DNA of 64,000 nt from an uncultured Acidimicrobiales bacterium (GTDB lineage Bacteria; Actinomycetota; Acidimicrobiia; Acidimicrobiales; DATKAS01): positions 92,558 to 156,557 of the forward strand of contig CAVUAV010000011.1 in assembly GCA_963739555.1 (NCBI GenBank), given 5' to 3'. How positions within the stretch are numbered: the stretch's first letter is position 1; each line of letters starts with the position of its first letter. This document shows positions 39,356 through 49,090 of this stretch, one piece after another. The notes under the pieces are model-generated. The model ran no database searches. It was not told the origin of the DNA and saw only the letters and a program-made list of their open reading frames with translations. The position numbers were made by a program, and so were the translations under genes.

Positions 39356-40090
39356 GTGGACAACATCGAGGGATACCGAGAAGAGGAGCTCGTCGCCGAG
39401 ATCGCCGCGGTCGCGAACGCCTTGCTCTCGGGAAACACGCTGGAGGAGACCCTGCAGCAGGTGGTCTCGACTGCCGTGTCCGCCATGGACGGATGTGACT
39501 CAGCCGGCGTCTTCGTCGTCGACGGTCGGGCAGTGCGCAGCGTCGCCTACACGAGCGACGCAGTTGTGGAGCTCGACCAATTCCAAGACACGCTCGACGA
39601 AGGCCCCTGTCTCGATGCCGCGTCGTCCGCGGCTGTCGTCTACGTGAGCGACCTCTCCGAGGACGATCGCTACCCACGCTTCCGGGCCGCCGCCATGTCC
39701 GCCGACATCCGAACTGTGCTCGCCTGCCCCCTCAGCACTGACGGCATGCGTGGCGCGCTGAACCTGTATGCACGGCTCCCCAACGCCTTCGGGGCCACTG
39801 ACCGAGCGAAAGGCACCATCCTCGCTGCCCTCGCGGGCGCCGCCATCGCTTCCACCTCACGTCGAGCGGACCTTCAATCGCAGAACCTCAACCTGCAGGC
39901 CGCGCTGGTCTCACGCGAGCTGATCGGACAAGCGCAAGGCATCCTGATGGAGCGCGAGCGGGTGAGCGCCGAGCAAGCGTTCGACATCCTGCGCCGCGCC
40001 TCACAGCACTTGAACGAGAAGCTCCGCGATGTCGCGCAGACCTTGGTCGAGACCGGGGAATCGCCGAACACCGGAGATCACGAGACCTAG
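39356..40090 (+). CDS. GAF and ANTAR domain protein
   Basis: DQFQDTLDEGPCLDA and GALNLY; ANTAR motif SRELIGQAQGILMERE...AFDILRRASQHLNEKLRDVA. Confidence 0.92.
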   Translation: MDNIEGYREEELVAEIAAVANALLSGNTLEETLQQVVSTAVSAMDGCDSAGVFVVDGRAVRSVAYTSDAVVELDQFQDTLDEGPCLDAASSAAVVYVSDLSEDDRYPRFRAAAMSADIRTVLACPLSTDGMRGALNLYARLPNAFGATDRAKGTILAALAGAAIASTSRRADLQSQNLNLQAALVSRELIGQAQGILMERERVSAEQAFDILRRASQHLNEKLRDVAQTLVETGESPNTGDHET

Positions 40091-40138
40091 TCAGAGGAAC
40101 CGGGTTAGGGTCGCCAACCCGAGCTGTGGAGGTCGATC

Positions 40139-40480
40139 ATGGGCGTGTTCAACGGGGTGTTCCCGATCCTCGAAGGCAAGGAGGAGGCCGGTCGCGCGTT
40201 CGCCGCGGAAACGGTCGGCGCTCGCAATGCGGATTTCGCTGCGCTCCAGGCCCGATCGAACATCACGCGGGAGACCTGGGCAATGCAAGAAACCCCGATG
40301 GGAAGCTTCATGGTCGTGTGGTTCGAAGGCGACGTGGAGAAGGCGTTCGGCGACCTTGCCACCGACAACGGCGAGTTCGCGACGTGGTTCAGATCACAGG
40401 TCAAGGACATCACTGGCTTCGACCTGGCGGCACCGCCCGAGGGGCCGCTGCCGACCGTGCTGCTCGACTGGCACAGCTGA
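40139..40480 (+). CDS. Hypothetical dimeric alpha-beta barrel-like protein
   Basis: RBS GGAGG; FPILEGK...ITRETWAMQETPMG...FATWFRSQVKDITGFDL. Confidence 0.65.
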   Translation: MGVFNGVFPILEGKEEAGRAFAAETVGARNADFAALQARSNITRETWAMQETPMGSFMVVWFEGDVEKAFGDLATDNGEFATWFRSQVKDITGFDLAAPPEGPLPTVLLDWHS

Positions 40481-40493
40481 CGCGCGCTCCCTG

Positions 40494-40973
40494 GTGACGG
40501 ACGACATTCCGATCGCTGGCGCACTGCTGGGCCCGGCGAGCGCGGGCGACGCCGCGGAGCTCCTCGTGCTCCAACGGTGTTGCTGGGTCGAGGAGGCCAT
40601 CGCCAACGACACCCTCGACGTCGCTGCACTGCACGAGTCCCTCGAGGATGTGCGGGCGTGGCTCGGGGAATGGGCGACGTGGACCGTCCGCCTCTCCGGC
40701 CGGCTCGTGGGCGCCGTGCGTGCTCGGCGAGAAGGCTCGACGTGGGACCTCGGGCGGCTGATGGTCGCACCGGACCTCGCCGGTCACGGTCTCGGTCGTT
40801 GGCTCCTTCGATTCGCCGAAGCTCAGGCCCCTGACGACGTCGAGTCGATCATCTTGTTCACGGGCGCGCGGAGCACACGCAACATCGCGATGTACGAACG
40901 CGCCGGCTTCCAGCGCTCGACGGACCCCGCGCCGCCGAACGCAGTCCGCCTCGTGAAGCGCCTCGAACGCTGA
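40494..40973 (+). CDS. GNAT N-acetyltransferase
   Basis: LLVLQRCCW, GRLMVAPDLAGHGLGRWLL and NIAMYERAGF. Confidence 0.85.
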   Translation: MTDDIPIAGALLGPASAGDAAELLVLQRCCWVEEAIANDTLDVAALHESLEDVRAWLGEWATWTVRLSGRLVGAVRARREGSTWDLGRLMVAPDLAGHGLGRWLLRFAEAQAPDDVESIILFTGARSTRNIAMYERAGFQRSTDPAPPNAVRLVKRLER

Positions 40974-41012
40974 GCCGCTTGCCTGAGCATCGCCCTGGGG
41001 CGAACCTCTCGC

Positions 41013-41972
41013 ATGATCCACATCCGCTTGGTGAGCCCGCCAGACATCACGGCGGGCCTGGTCGATCGGCTCGCGAGCAATACCGGCGTGCTCGACCTGA
41101 TCGTGCTCGAGGGCGTCGCGCGAAATCCCGATGGTGACGCGGTGCAGTTCGACGTGACCAACGCCGAGGCGAACAGAGTGCTGCAGAACTTGCGAACCCT
41201 CGGCGTGCCCGAGCGCGGATCGATCGTCATCGAGGATGTCGGTGCCGTGCTGTCGAACCGGGCGACGGATGCGGAGGCACAGGCTCCGCGCGCGTTGAGC
41301 CTTTCGCCGATCTGGGAGCAAGCGGAGGCCAGGATCCGCTCCGGTGGCCGCTATCCGCCGAGCTGGTTCGCCTTGCTCGTGATCGCCGGGCTCATCGCTG
41401 CGGTGGGGATCTTCACGAACTCGCAGATCCTGATCGTCGGAGCGATGGTCGTGGGCCCCGAGTACGCCGCGATCATCAGCGTGTCGCTCGGCATCAACAA
41501 GAGCGACCGGTCGCGGATCCGTGCCGGACTCCTCGCGCTCTTCGTCGGCTTCACGATCGCCGTCATCGCGACGTTCGTCTTCAGTGTCGTGGTTCGCGCG
41601 TTTGGCTGGGAGACCGAGCTCTTCAGCCTCGGCATCCGTCCGGTTTCCAACCTCATCAACAGTCCGAACGTGTTCTCGGTCGTCGTCGCGACCCTCGCTG
41701 GGATCGTCGGCGTCGTTTCCCTCGTCGAAGCTCGATCGGGAGCACTGATCGGGGTCTTCATCTCCGTGACGACGATCCCGGCGGCCGCCGACATCGGAGT
41801 GTCGACTGCGTTCGAGAACTGGAGTGAAGCGCGCGGCTCTCTCATCCAGCTGCTCCTGAACGTCGCGATTCTCATTGCCGTCGGCGCGGTCGGACTCGTG
41901 GTGCAACGACGGTTGTGGGGGCGAATCGCGAGCCGGAGGACGGGAACAAGACCCGACGGCCTCACGCCCTAG
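41013..41972 (+). CDS. DUF389 membrane protein
   Basis: IVGAMVVGPEY and LIGVFISVTTIPAAA, with multiple TM segments. Confidence 0.85.
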   Translation: MIHIRLVSPPDITAGLVDRLASNTGVLDLIVLEGVARNPDGDAVQFDVTNAEANRVLQNLRTLGVPERGSIVIEDVGAVLSNRATDAEAQAPRALSLSPIWEQAEARIRSGGRYPPSWFALLVIAGLIAAVGIFTNSQILIVGAMVVGPEYAAIISVSLGINKSDRSRIRAGLLALFVGFTIAVIATFVFSVVVRAFGWETELFSLGIRPVSNLINSPNVFSVVVATLAGIVGVVSLVEARSGALIGVFISVTTIPAAADIGVSTAFENWSEARGSLIQLLLNVAILIAVGAVGLVVQRRLWGRIASRRTGTRPDGLTP

Positions 41973-42074
41973 GTGTACCCGGCCATCAAGTTGGTGACGT
42001 CAGTCGGCTGATGGGTGGGAGGCCCCCGAGAGCACTGTGGCGTCGGCGAGGCCAAGTGGAACTACGTTCGGCGC

Positions 42075-43109
42075 ATGATCGACTTCTCCAGTGACCCTCG
42101 GATCGACCCTCGCATCAAGACGGTGCTCAGCGCTCTCGGGACACCGGGAGCAGGTGCCGACGCCGAGAGCCGCGAGCAGCTGCTGGCCGAAGCGAGCACC
42201 GAAGCGGCGATCGCACAACGGGAGATGGTCTCGGCGCTGCTCGGAGCCGCCGACAACGAGGACGTCGCGCCTTCGAAGGGCCTCAACATCACCGAGCACT
42301 CCCTCGTGTCGCAGCCTGACGGCAACACGATCAACGTGCGTCTCATCCGACCCGATGGCAAGAGCGCACTGCCGGCCGTGTACTACATCCACGGCGGCGG
42401 CATGCAGTCGATGTCGTGCTACGACGGCAACTACCGCGCCTGGGGCCGGATCATCGCGGCCCAAGGCGTCGCCGTCGCGATGGTCGACTTTCGCAACGCG
42501 CTCACACCTTCGTCAGTCGACGAGGTGGCGCCGTTTCCGGCCGGGCTGAACGACTGCGTGTCTGGTCTGCACTGGCTCATCGCGAATGCGTCCGACCTCG
42601 GCATCGACGCGGATCGCATCGTCATCGCCGGCGAGAGCGGCGGCGGCAACCTCACTCTCGCGACCGGGCTGAAGCTGAAGCGAGACGGCGACATCGGACT
42701 GATCAAGGGTCTCTACGCGCTGTGTCCCTACATCGCCGGACGCTGGCCGCTGCCGGAGCATCCGTCGTCCACCGAGAACAACGGCATCCTGCTCGACCTG
42801 CACAACAACCGCGGCGCCATGGCCTACGGCATCGACGAGCTCGATCGTGGCAACCCGCTCGCGTGGCCGAGCTTTGCGACCGAAGACGACGTCCGCGGCC
42901 TGCCGCCGGTGATGATCAGCGTCAACGAGTGCGACCCCCTCCGTGACGAGGGCATCGAGTTCTACCGGCTCCTGCTCCGCGCCGGTGTGCCCGCTCGGTG
43001 CCGCCAGGTGATGGGGACCGTCCACGGCACCGAGGTGCTCCCGTTCATGTGTCCTGAGATCAGCCGCGACACCGCGGCGAGCATCGCGGCCTTCGTCGCG
43101 TCCGTGTAG
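42075..43109 (+). CDS. HSL-family (family IV) esterase/lipase
   Basis: HGGG, PFPAGLND, GESGGGNL, ECDPLRDEG and HGTE. Confidence 0.9.
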   Translation: MIDFSSDPRIDPRIKTVLSALGTPGAGADAESREQLLAEASTEAAIAQREMVSALLGAADNEDVAPSKGLNITEHSLVSQPDGNTINVRLIRPDGKSALPAVYYIHGGGMQSMSCYDGNYRAWGRIIAAQGVAVAMVDFRNALTPSSVDEVAPFPAGLNDCVSGLHWLIANASDLGIDADRIVIAGESGGGNLTLATGLKLKRDGDIGLIKGLYALCPYIAGRWPLPEHPSSTENNGILLDLHNNRGAMAYGIDELDRGNPLAWPSFATEDDVRGLPPVMISVNECDPLRDEGIEFYRLLLRAGVPARCRQVMGTVHGTEVLPFMCPEISRDTAASIAAFVASV

Positions 43110-43119
43110 GAGACGCCGC

Positions 43120-43635
43120 ATGGAGACGTGGGACGCGATCCGGGCGCGGCGCAATGTGCGCACGTACACCGATCAGCCGATCAGCGACGAAGACCTCGAC
43201 CGCATCCTCGAGGCCGGCTGGCGTGCACCATCGGCCTCGAACCGACAGCGCTGGGAGTTCGTCCTGATCACAGACAAGGCCCAGCTCGAGGCACTCGGAG
43301 GTGTTTGGCAGGGCGCCCGACACATACCGGGCGCGCAGGCCGCGATCGTGCTGCTGCTGCCCGAACCGCCCGAGGAGCGGTTCATCACGCTCGACCGCTA
43401 CGACCTCGGCCAGGCGACCTACGCGATGTTGCTGGCTGCAACCGATCTCGGCATCGGCACCGCTCACTCGTCGATAGGCGACCAAGACAAGGCGCGCGAG
43501 ATCGTCGGGTTCCCCGACGGCTACATCGCCGCGTACATGATCGGGCTCGGCTACCCCGCGGATCGGCCCCTGAGCCCGATCGTCAAGCCAGATCGCCGCC
43601 CATTCGCCGAGGTGGTGCATCGCGGCGGTTGGTGA
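43120..43635 (+). CDS. Nitroreductase family protein
   Basis: IRARRNVRTY, APSASNRQRWEF and LGYPAD. Confidence 0.9.
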   Translation: METWDAIRARRNVRTYTDQPISDEDLDRILEAGWRAPSASNRQRWEFVLITDKAQLEALGGVWQGARHIPGAQAAIVLLLPEPPEERFITLDRYDLGQATYAMLLAATDLGIGTAHSSIGDQDKAREIVGFPDGYIAAYMIGLGYPADRPLSPIVKPDRRPFAEVVHRGGW

Positions 43636-43722
43636 CGAGCCGACCCGACGGGCGCGTTCGCGCGATTGCCGCACTATGACGCGGGCGATCGCGCGAACGG
43701 TGCGTGGACGCGGCGGCGCCGG

Positions 43723-44897
43723 TTACGAGTAGATCTCGAAGAGGCCGGCTGCGCCCTGGCCACCGCCGATGCACATGGTGACGACTCCCCACTTGGCCTT
43801 GCGGCGGATGCCCTCTTGCAAGATGTGGCCGGCGCAACGCGCGCCGGTCATGCCGAAGGGGTGGCCGATCGCGATCGAGCCGCCGTTGACGTTGTACTTG
43901 GCAGGGTCGATGCCGAGCGTGTCACGGGAGTAGAGGCACTGCGAGGCGAACGCCTCGTTCAGCTCCCACAGGTCGATGTCGTCGACCTTGAGGTTGTGGC
44001 GCGAGCAGCTTCGGCACCGCGAAGACCGGGCCGATTCCCATCTCATCGGGCTCGCAGCCGGCAACGGCCCAGCCCTTGAAGGCGCCGAGCGGGGTGAGGC
44101 CGCGCTTGCTCGCCTCTTCGTCAGACATGAGCACGACCGCGGCGGCGCCGTCGGACAGCTGGCTGGCGTTGCCGGCGGTGATGAAGTTGCCTTCGCCGCG
44201 GACTGGCGGCAGCGCTGCGAGACCTTCGAGCGTCGTGTCAGGGCGATTGCACTCGTCTCGGTCGACGACGTAGTCGACGAACGACTCCTCCTTCGTCTCC
44301 TTGTCGACCTTCTTCATCGTCGTCTTCATCGGGACGATCTCGTCGGCGAACAGGCCGGCCGCCTGCGCCGCGGCCATGCGCTGCTGCGACTGGAGCGAGT
44401 ACTGGTCCTGGTACTCGCGGCTCACGTCGTAGCGCTTGGCGACGATGTCGGCGGTCTCGATCATCGGCATGAAGATCGCCGGGTACATGTCGAGCAGCTG
44501 CTGGTCGATGTTCGCAGAGCCCCCCATTCCCCCACCGGGCATGGTGATGGACTCGACGCCACCGGCCACGACGACGTCCGCGCTGTCGGTCTTGATGTAG
44601 TTCGCGGCCAGCGCGATCGCGTTCAGACCGGACGAGCAGTGGCGCTGGATCGTGGCGCCGCCCGTGGTGACGGGCAGGCCGGCGAGAAGGCCCGGCGAGC
44701 CTTGCGAGGTTCGCCGCGCCGTGCGCGCCGTTGCCGAGGTAGACGTCCTCGACGGCTTCGGGCTCGACTCCGGACTTCGACACCGCGTGGCTGATGGCGT
44801 GCGCCGCCATGCTCATCGCTGGAGTGTGGTTGAACCCACCACGACCCGACTTTGCGAGTCCGGTGCGGGCGTAGCTGACGACGACGGCTTCACGCAT
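43723..44897 (-). CDS. Acetyl-CoA C-acyltransferase (thiolase; frameshifts near 44700-44660 and 44005)
   Basis: [42 protein letters not shown] and MCIGGGQG. Confidence 0.9.
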
Positions 44898-44995
44898 GGC
44901 GATGTTCCCCTCGGCTCATCGCAGCCGCAGCGAGCGGCTGGGTCGATCTCGACGCCGCCACCCTAGGAACGTCCGACGGCTCACGTCGATTCAGG

Positions 44996-45022
44996 GGTTT
45001 CGCCAGGGATGGCCATGGGTAC
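44996..45022 (+). promoter_or_regulatory. SigF/SigB-type general-stress promoter
   Basis: GGTTT-N16-GGGTAC upstream of the hemerythrin gene and its RBS GAGGAGG. Confidence 0.6.
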
Positions 45023-45049
45023 TGCGCTGCCGACACCGAGGAGGCAGCC

Positions 45050-45490
45050 ATGGCAGATGTGATCACGTTGCTCGAGCACGACCACCGCGAGGTGGAAGAG
45101 CTGTTCGAGAAGATCAAGAAGACGAACGGCGCAGCGCGGGCTCAGCTCGTCTCGCGGCTCGCCGCCGACTTGCGGCTCCACATGAAGGTCGAAGAGTCGA
45201 TCGTCTACCCAGCCATTGCGAAGCAGGTCGACGACGGCGACGACATGGTCGAGGAAGCCAAGACCGAGCATGAAGGCGCCCGCAAGGTGCTCGCGGACGT
45301 CGAGAAGCTGTCGCCCAACGAGCCCGGCTTCGACGGTGCGCTCGAGATGCTCGAAGCGGGCATCTCCCATCACGTCGAGGAAGAAGAGGACGAGGTCTTC
45401 CCGAAGTTCCGCGAGTCGGTGAGCGCTGAGGAGCTCGACGATCTCGGCGAGAAGGTCGCTGCCGCCAAGGAGAAGGCTGCCGCCGCCTGA
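45050..45490 (+). CDS. Hemerythrin (HHE) domain protein
   Basis: LEHDHREVEELF, HMKVEESIVYP, EH and HHVEEEEDEVFP. Confidence 0.9.
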   Translation: MADVITLLEHDHREVEELFEKIKKTNGAARAQLVSRLAADLRLHMKVEESIVYPAIAKQVDDGDDMVEEAKTEHEGARKVLADVEKLSPNEPGFDGALEMLEAGISHHVEEEEDEVFPKFRESVSAEELDDLGEKVAAAKEKAAAA

Positions 45491-45631
45491 TCAGCCGTTG
45501 CATGGGATGGGAACGTCGCGGGTACAGACAGTTCCGTCGATGTTTCCCCTGATGCCGCCGCCTCGCTACGGGCCATTCAGGTTCCGGGGCAATAACGGCA
45601 CCACACGCAACTGAGCTTCTGAGGAGGGCGC

Positions 45632-46119
45632 ATGCGCGCTATCACTCGTCGGGCAGCGACCACCATCGGCCTTCTGGCCGCGACAGGTGCACTGATGACC
45701 GCAGCCGCGGCCCCGGTGACGGCGGCGGTTGACGCCCCGGCGGCGAAATGGACGGGCGCGTGATCACGCAGCTCTTCAACGGCAACGGCCAGCTGAAGCA
45801 GACGGAGGCTCTCGGTGCCTGCTACAAGCAGCTGAACGCGAGCGTCGGTCAGTTCGGCACCGCCACGCTGGTCGCCTCCACCGCGGCGCTCGCGAGCGGC
45901 TCGGCCTCGGACGACACGAAGTACATCACGATCGACAGGAAGCTCTCCACGCTCGGATCGCAACGTGATGCGCTGGCCACCAGCATCAAGAACGAGCTCG
46001 ATCAAGCGGCGTTCCACGGTGCGAAGCTCGACAACGGCACCGCCAAGGCGCAGCTGGACCAGTGCAACGGCCTCTTGGTGTCCGCTGCTCAGCTGGCCGC
46101 CTCCGCCACCTCCTCGTGA
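45632..46119 (+). pseudogene. Secreted protein remnant: signal peptide joined out of frame to a C-terminal helical segment
   Basis: RBS GAGGAGG and MRAITRRAATTIGLLAATGALMTAAAA...K, then in another frame DGRVITQLF...YKQLNASVGQFG...QRDALA. Confidence 0.5.
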
Positions 46120-46198
46120 GTGGCGGGAGCCGCCTGCGGTAGTCGCTGAGCCGCCGGCTTTGTGTCGCGAAGCCGGTCTGGTGTGAGACTCGGCGGTC

Positions 46199-47533
46199 GT
46201 GGTCGACGTTCTCTATGCCAAGGCCGACGACGGGACGCACGTCGCGTACCAAGTCCTTGACGCGGACCCGTCGGCCGAACCTGTGCTCGACGTGGTGATG
46301 GTGACGGGTGGGCTGTTCCCGCTCGAGACGTTCGCGTACGAGCCCGGGTTTGCTCGCCTGCTCGACGGGCTGCGTGCGCTCGGGCGTGTGATCGTCTCCG
46401 ACCGCCGGGGGGTGGGGCTGTCTGACCCGATCCACGACTGGCACCGCACGATCGTCGAGCAGTGGACCGATGATCTCTCGGCCGTCGTGGATGCATCCGA
46501 AGCCCGCGACATCGTGCTCGTCGCATTCGACGGCTTCGGCGTCGGGTCGCGGTACGCCGCCATGCACCCTGAGCGAGTTTCGGCCCTGGTCCTCTACGAG
46601 CCGTTTCTCGTCGCTGAGGATGAGTGGGAGTCGTGGTCGACGAACCGCGCGCAACGCGGCGGCGCCAACGTGCGCGGCGAGGACGACATCCTCGCTCTGG
46701 TCGCCCCGAGTCGAATCGGCGACCGCAAGTTCCGCGATTGGTACGAGCGCGCGGGTCGACTGGGCGCGAGCCCGTCGACGGCTCCTCGGATCTGGGAATC
46801 GGTGATGAGCACCGAGCCGCGCCTTGCTCTCCTGAGCGAGGTCGTTGCCCCGACGCTCGTCCTCCACCGACGCGACAACCGGTTCGCGACGGACAACGTG
46901 TTGGCCCTCGCGCAGGAGAGGATCCCCCACGCCGCGGTCGTGGAGCTGGAGGGGCGTGACCACTTCCCGTTCGTGGGCGACGTAGACGCGCTCGTTGCGG
47001 AGATCGCGTCCTTCGTCGTGGGCGAACGACGGCTCCCGCCGCCGCAGCGGCTCCTCTCAGCGGTGCTGTTCACCGATCTCGTTGGCTCGACGGAGCGAGC
47101 GGCGGCACTCGGTGACGCGGATTGGAAGTCCGTGCTCGATCGGCACGACGTGACGGTGCGGACGATCGTCGGGCGATGCGGCGGTTCGGTCATCAAGACC
47201 ACCGGGGACGGCGTCCTCGCGCTGCTGCCTTCGGCAGGGGTCTGCCTGCGCGCTGCCGCGGCCGTGCGCACTGAGCTCTCCGCCGAAGGGCTCGACGTGC
47301 GCATCGGCGTGCACGTCGGTGACGTCGACCTTCGCGGGGACGATGTCTCGGGCCTCGCGGTGAACATCGCGAGCAGAGTCATGTCGAAGGGCGGCACCGG
47401 CGAGATCATCGTGACCGAGTCGGTCGTGGCCTCGGTCGCGGGGCAAGTGATGACGTTCGTGCCGCTGGGCACCCATGAGCTCCGAGGGGTTCCGGGCGCA
47501 TGGCGGCTGTTCCGCGCGGAGCCCACCGATTGA
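46199..47533 (+). CDS. Alpha/beta-hydrolase-fold domain plus class III adenylyl cyclase (LipJ/Rv1900c-like architecture)
   Basis: DRRGVGLSDP and PTLVLHR; cyclase motifs FTDLVGST, KTTGDG and DDVSGLAVNIASRV. Confidence 0.9.
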   Translation: MVDVLYAKADDGTHVAYQVLDADPSAEPVLDVVMVTGGLFPLETFAYEPGFARLLDGLRALGRVIVSDRRGVGLSDPIHDWHRTIVEQWTDDLSAVVDASEARDIVLVAFDGFGVGSRYAAMHPERVSALVLYEPFLVAEDEWESWSTNRAQRGGANVRGEDDILALVAPSRIGDRKFRDWYERAGRLGASPSTAPRIWESVMSTEPRLALLSEVVAPTLVLHRRDNRFATDNVLALAQERIPHAAVVELEGRDHFPFVGDVDALVAEIASFVVGERRLPPPQRLLSAVLFTDLVGSTERAAALGDADWKSVLDRHDVTVRTIVGRCGGSVIKTTGDGVLALLPSAGVCLRAAAAVRTELSAEGLDVRIGVHVGDVDLRGDDVSGLAVNIASRVMSKGGTGEIIVTESVVASVAGQVMTFVPLGTHELRGVPGAWRLFRAEPTD

Positions 47534-48576
47534 GCATCGACGAGCACGACGTCGAGGACGTGACCCTGGTCGCGCGCGGCATCGCGACAGCGGTCGCCCC
47601 CGAGGGCGGCATCACCGACGTGCAGGCAGAGCTGCTCGAAGCGATCGCGACCGCGCTCACGGGCTTCTCGGTGGACTATCGAACGCTCGAGCCGCTCGGA
47701 GCAGACGCATTCGCCGAGGTGCTCGGAGCGCGCGATCTCGCCTATCGCCGGCGGATCGTGCATCACATGGTGCTCGGCGAGCTCGTGCTGCGGCCGATAC
47801 CCGTGGTCGTCGCGCATCGCGTGGCGACCTACGCCGATGCGCTCGGCGTCAAGGACGACTTCGTACGCGTCGCTCGCCGATACGCCCAGGGTGCGTATGG
47901 GCTCGCGTGGATCGATCTCCAGCGCAATGGCTTCGTCGAGGACGTCCGTCTCGCCAGCGGCGCCGACGAGCCTGCGAAGGTCGACCTCGAGCTCGAGGCG
48001 CGGTGGCGGACGTTCGCGGACCTACCCGAAGAAACCCTCGGGCGCTGCGCGTACGAGATGTACGTGGGTCGTGGCTTCGGGTTGCCCGGAACCCCAAAGG
48101 GCGCACCGGCCTACCTCGCCCAGCACGACTTCGTGCATGTGCTCGCCGACTACGGCACGAACCTGAAGGGCGAGCTCGAGGTCTTCGGGCTCATCGGTCG
48201 CGCGGATCCCGACCCGAAGGGCTTCGCGTGGCTTGCGACGCTCGTCGGCTTGTTCGAGACGGGTTACATCTCGAGCTCAGGTTTCTTCGACCGGGACGTA
48301 CGCGAACCGGTGATCCGAGCGCCCGGCATGCACGAGCGCGTCGCCGACGCCATCCGACGCGGCAAGGTCGTGTGCGACTGCTACGGGGTCGACCTGTTCG
48401 ACGTCGACTACTACGAGCTTGCCGACCGGTCGGTGGAGGACCTGCGCGAGCGGCTCCACATCCCACCGAAGTCGACTCGTGCGATCGAGAGCGGATCGCC
48501 GGGCCTCTTCGACCTCGAAGGCATGTCCGAGAACCAGCGGCTGTTCGTCGCGCAACGCCGGGGAGACGACAATTGA
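47530..48576 (+). CDS. Coq4-like protein with an N-terminal helical extension
   Basis: LPEETLGR and HDFVHVLADYGTNLKGELE (HDxxH-x11-E). Overlaps the cyclase stop. Confidence 0.7.
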   Translation: MSIDEHDVEDVTLVARGIATAVAPEGGITDVQAELLEAIATALTGFSVDYRTLEPLGADAFAEVLGARDLAYRRRIVHHMVLGELVLRPIPVVVAHRVATYADALGVKDDFVRVARRYAQGAYGLAWIDLQRNGFVEDVRLASGADEPAKVDLELEARWRTFADLPEETLGRCAYEMYVGRGFGLPGTPKGAPAYLAQHDFVHVLADYGTNLKGELEVFGLIGRADPDPKGFAWLATLVGLFETGYISSSGFFDRDVREPVIRAPGMHERVADAIRRGKVVCDCYGVDLFDVDYYELADRSVEDLRERLHIPPKSTRAIESGSPGLFDLEGMSENQRLFVAQRRGDDN

Positions 48577-48902
48577 ACGGGATTTTCACTCAGACGATCT
48601 CGGTCCAGTGCGCTGAGCCGGAGAAGCTCATCGACCTGATCGCGAAGTGGGATCGTGAGCAGGCGACGGCCGACATCATGGGCTACATGGGCACGCGAGT
48701 GCTCGCGGATCGGGAGCACCACGGGCGCTACCTGATCATCGCGGACTTCGGCGTCGTCGACCCCGACGTTTCAGCCGCCGAAGAGGCTGCGCGCAACAAC
48801 GAGCGACCCGAGACGCAGGCAATGGGAGCGGCGGTCACCGAGCTGCTCGACGGTCCGGCCGAATACAGAAACTTCGACGAGCTGTATCGCACAGACGTCT
48901 GA
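48573..48902 (+). CDS. Hypothetical ABM-like barrel protein
   Basis: FTQTISV...ADREHHGRYLIIADF...AARNNERPETQ...DGPAEYRNFD. Overlaps the upstream stop. Confidence 0.65.
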   Translation: MNGIFTQTISVQCAEPEKLIDLIAKWDREQATADIMGYMGTRVLADREHHGRYLIIADFGVVDPDVSAAEEAARNNERPETQAMGAAVTELLDGPAEYRNFDELYRTDV

Positions 48903-48968
48903 GATCGTCGGCTTCGGGACATCCTCCCAAGCCTTCTGGCCTGGACCGTGATGAACGAGCGCCTTCAT
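48897..48968 (-). pseudogene. N-terminal stub of a zinc-dependent alcohol dehydrogenase
   Basis: RBS GGAGG and MKALVHHGPGQKAWEDVPKPTI, truncated at the stop of the convergent gene. Confidence 0.7.
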
Positions 48969-49026
48969 GAGCGAACCTCCTGCTTGTCGCAACCCCACCA
49001 TGAGCGCGTTGGAGCGTGACCGAGTG

Positions 49027-49068
49027 GAGGCGAAAGGCACCTCCGTGGAGATCGTGCCGTTCGACCCT
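49027..49068. promoter_or_regulatory. Possible DosR/DevR-like boxes
   Basis: gaggcgaaaggcac and, inverted, agggtcgaacggcac between the adh stub and the GNAT gene. Only a partial match to the GGGAC-N-GTCCC type consensus. Confidence 0.35.
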
Positions 49069-49090
49069 GTTCCGGCCGAGCGATCTCGGG

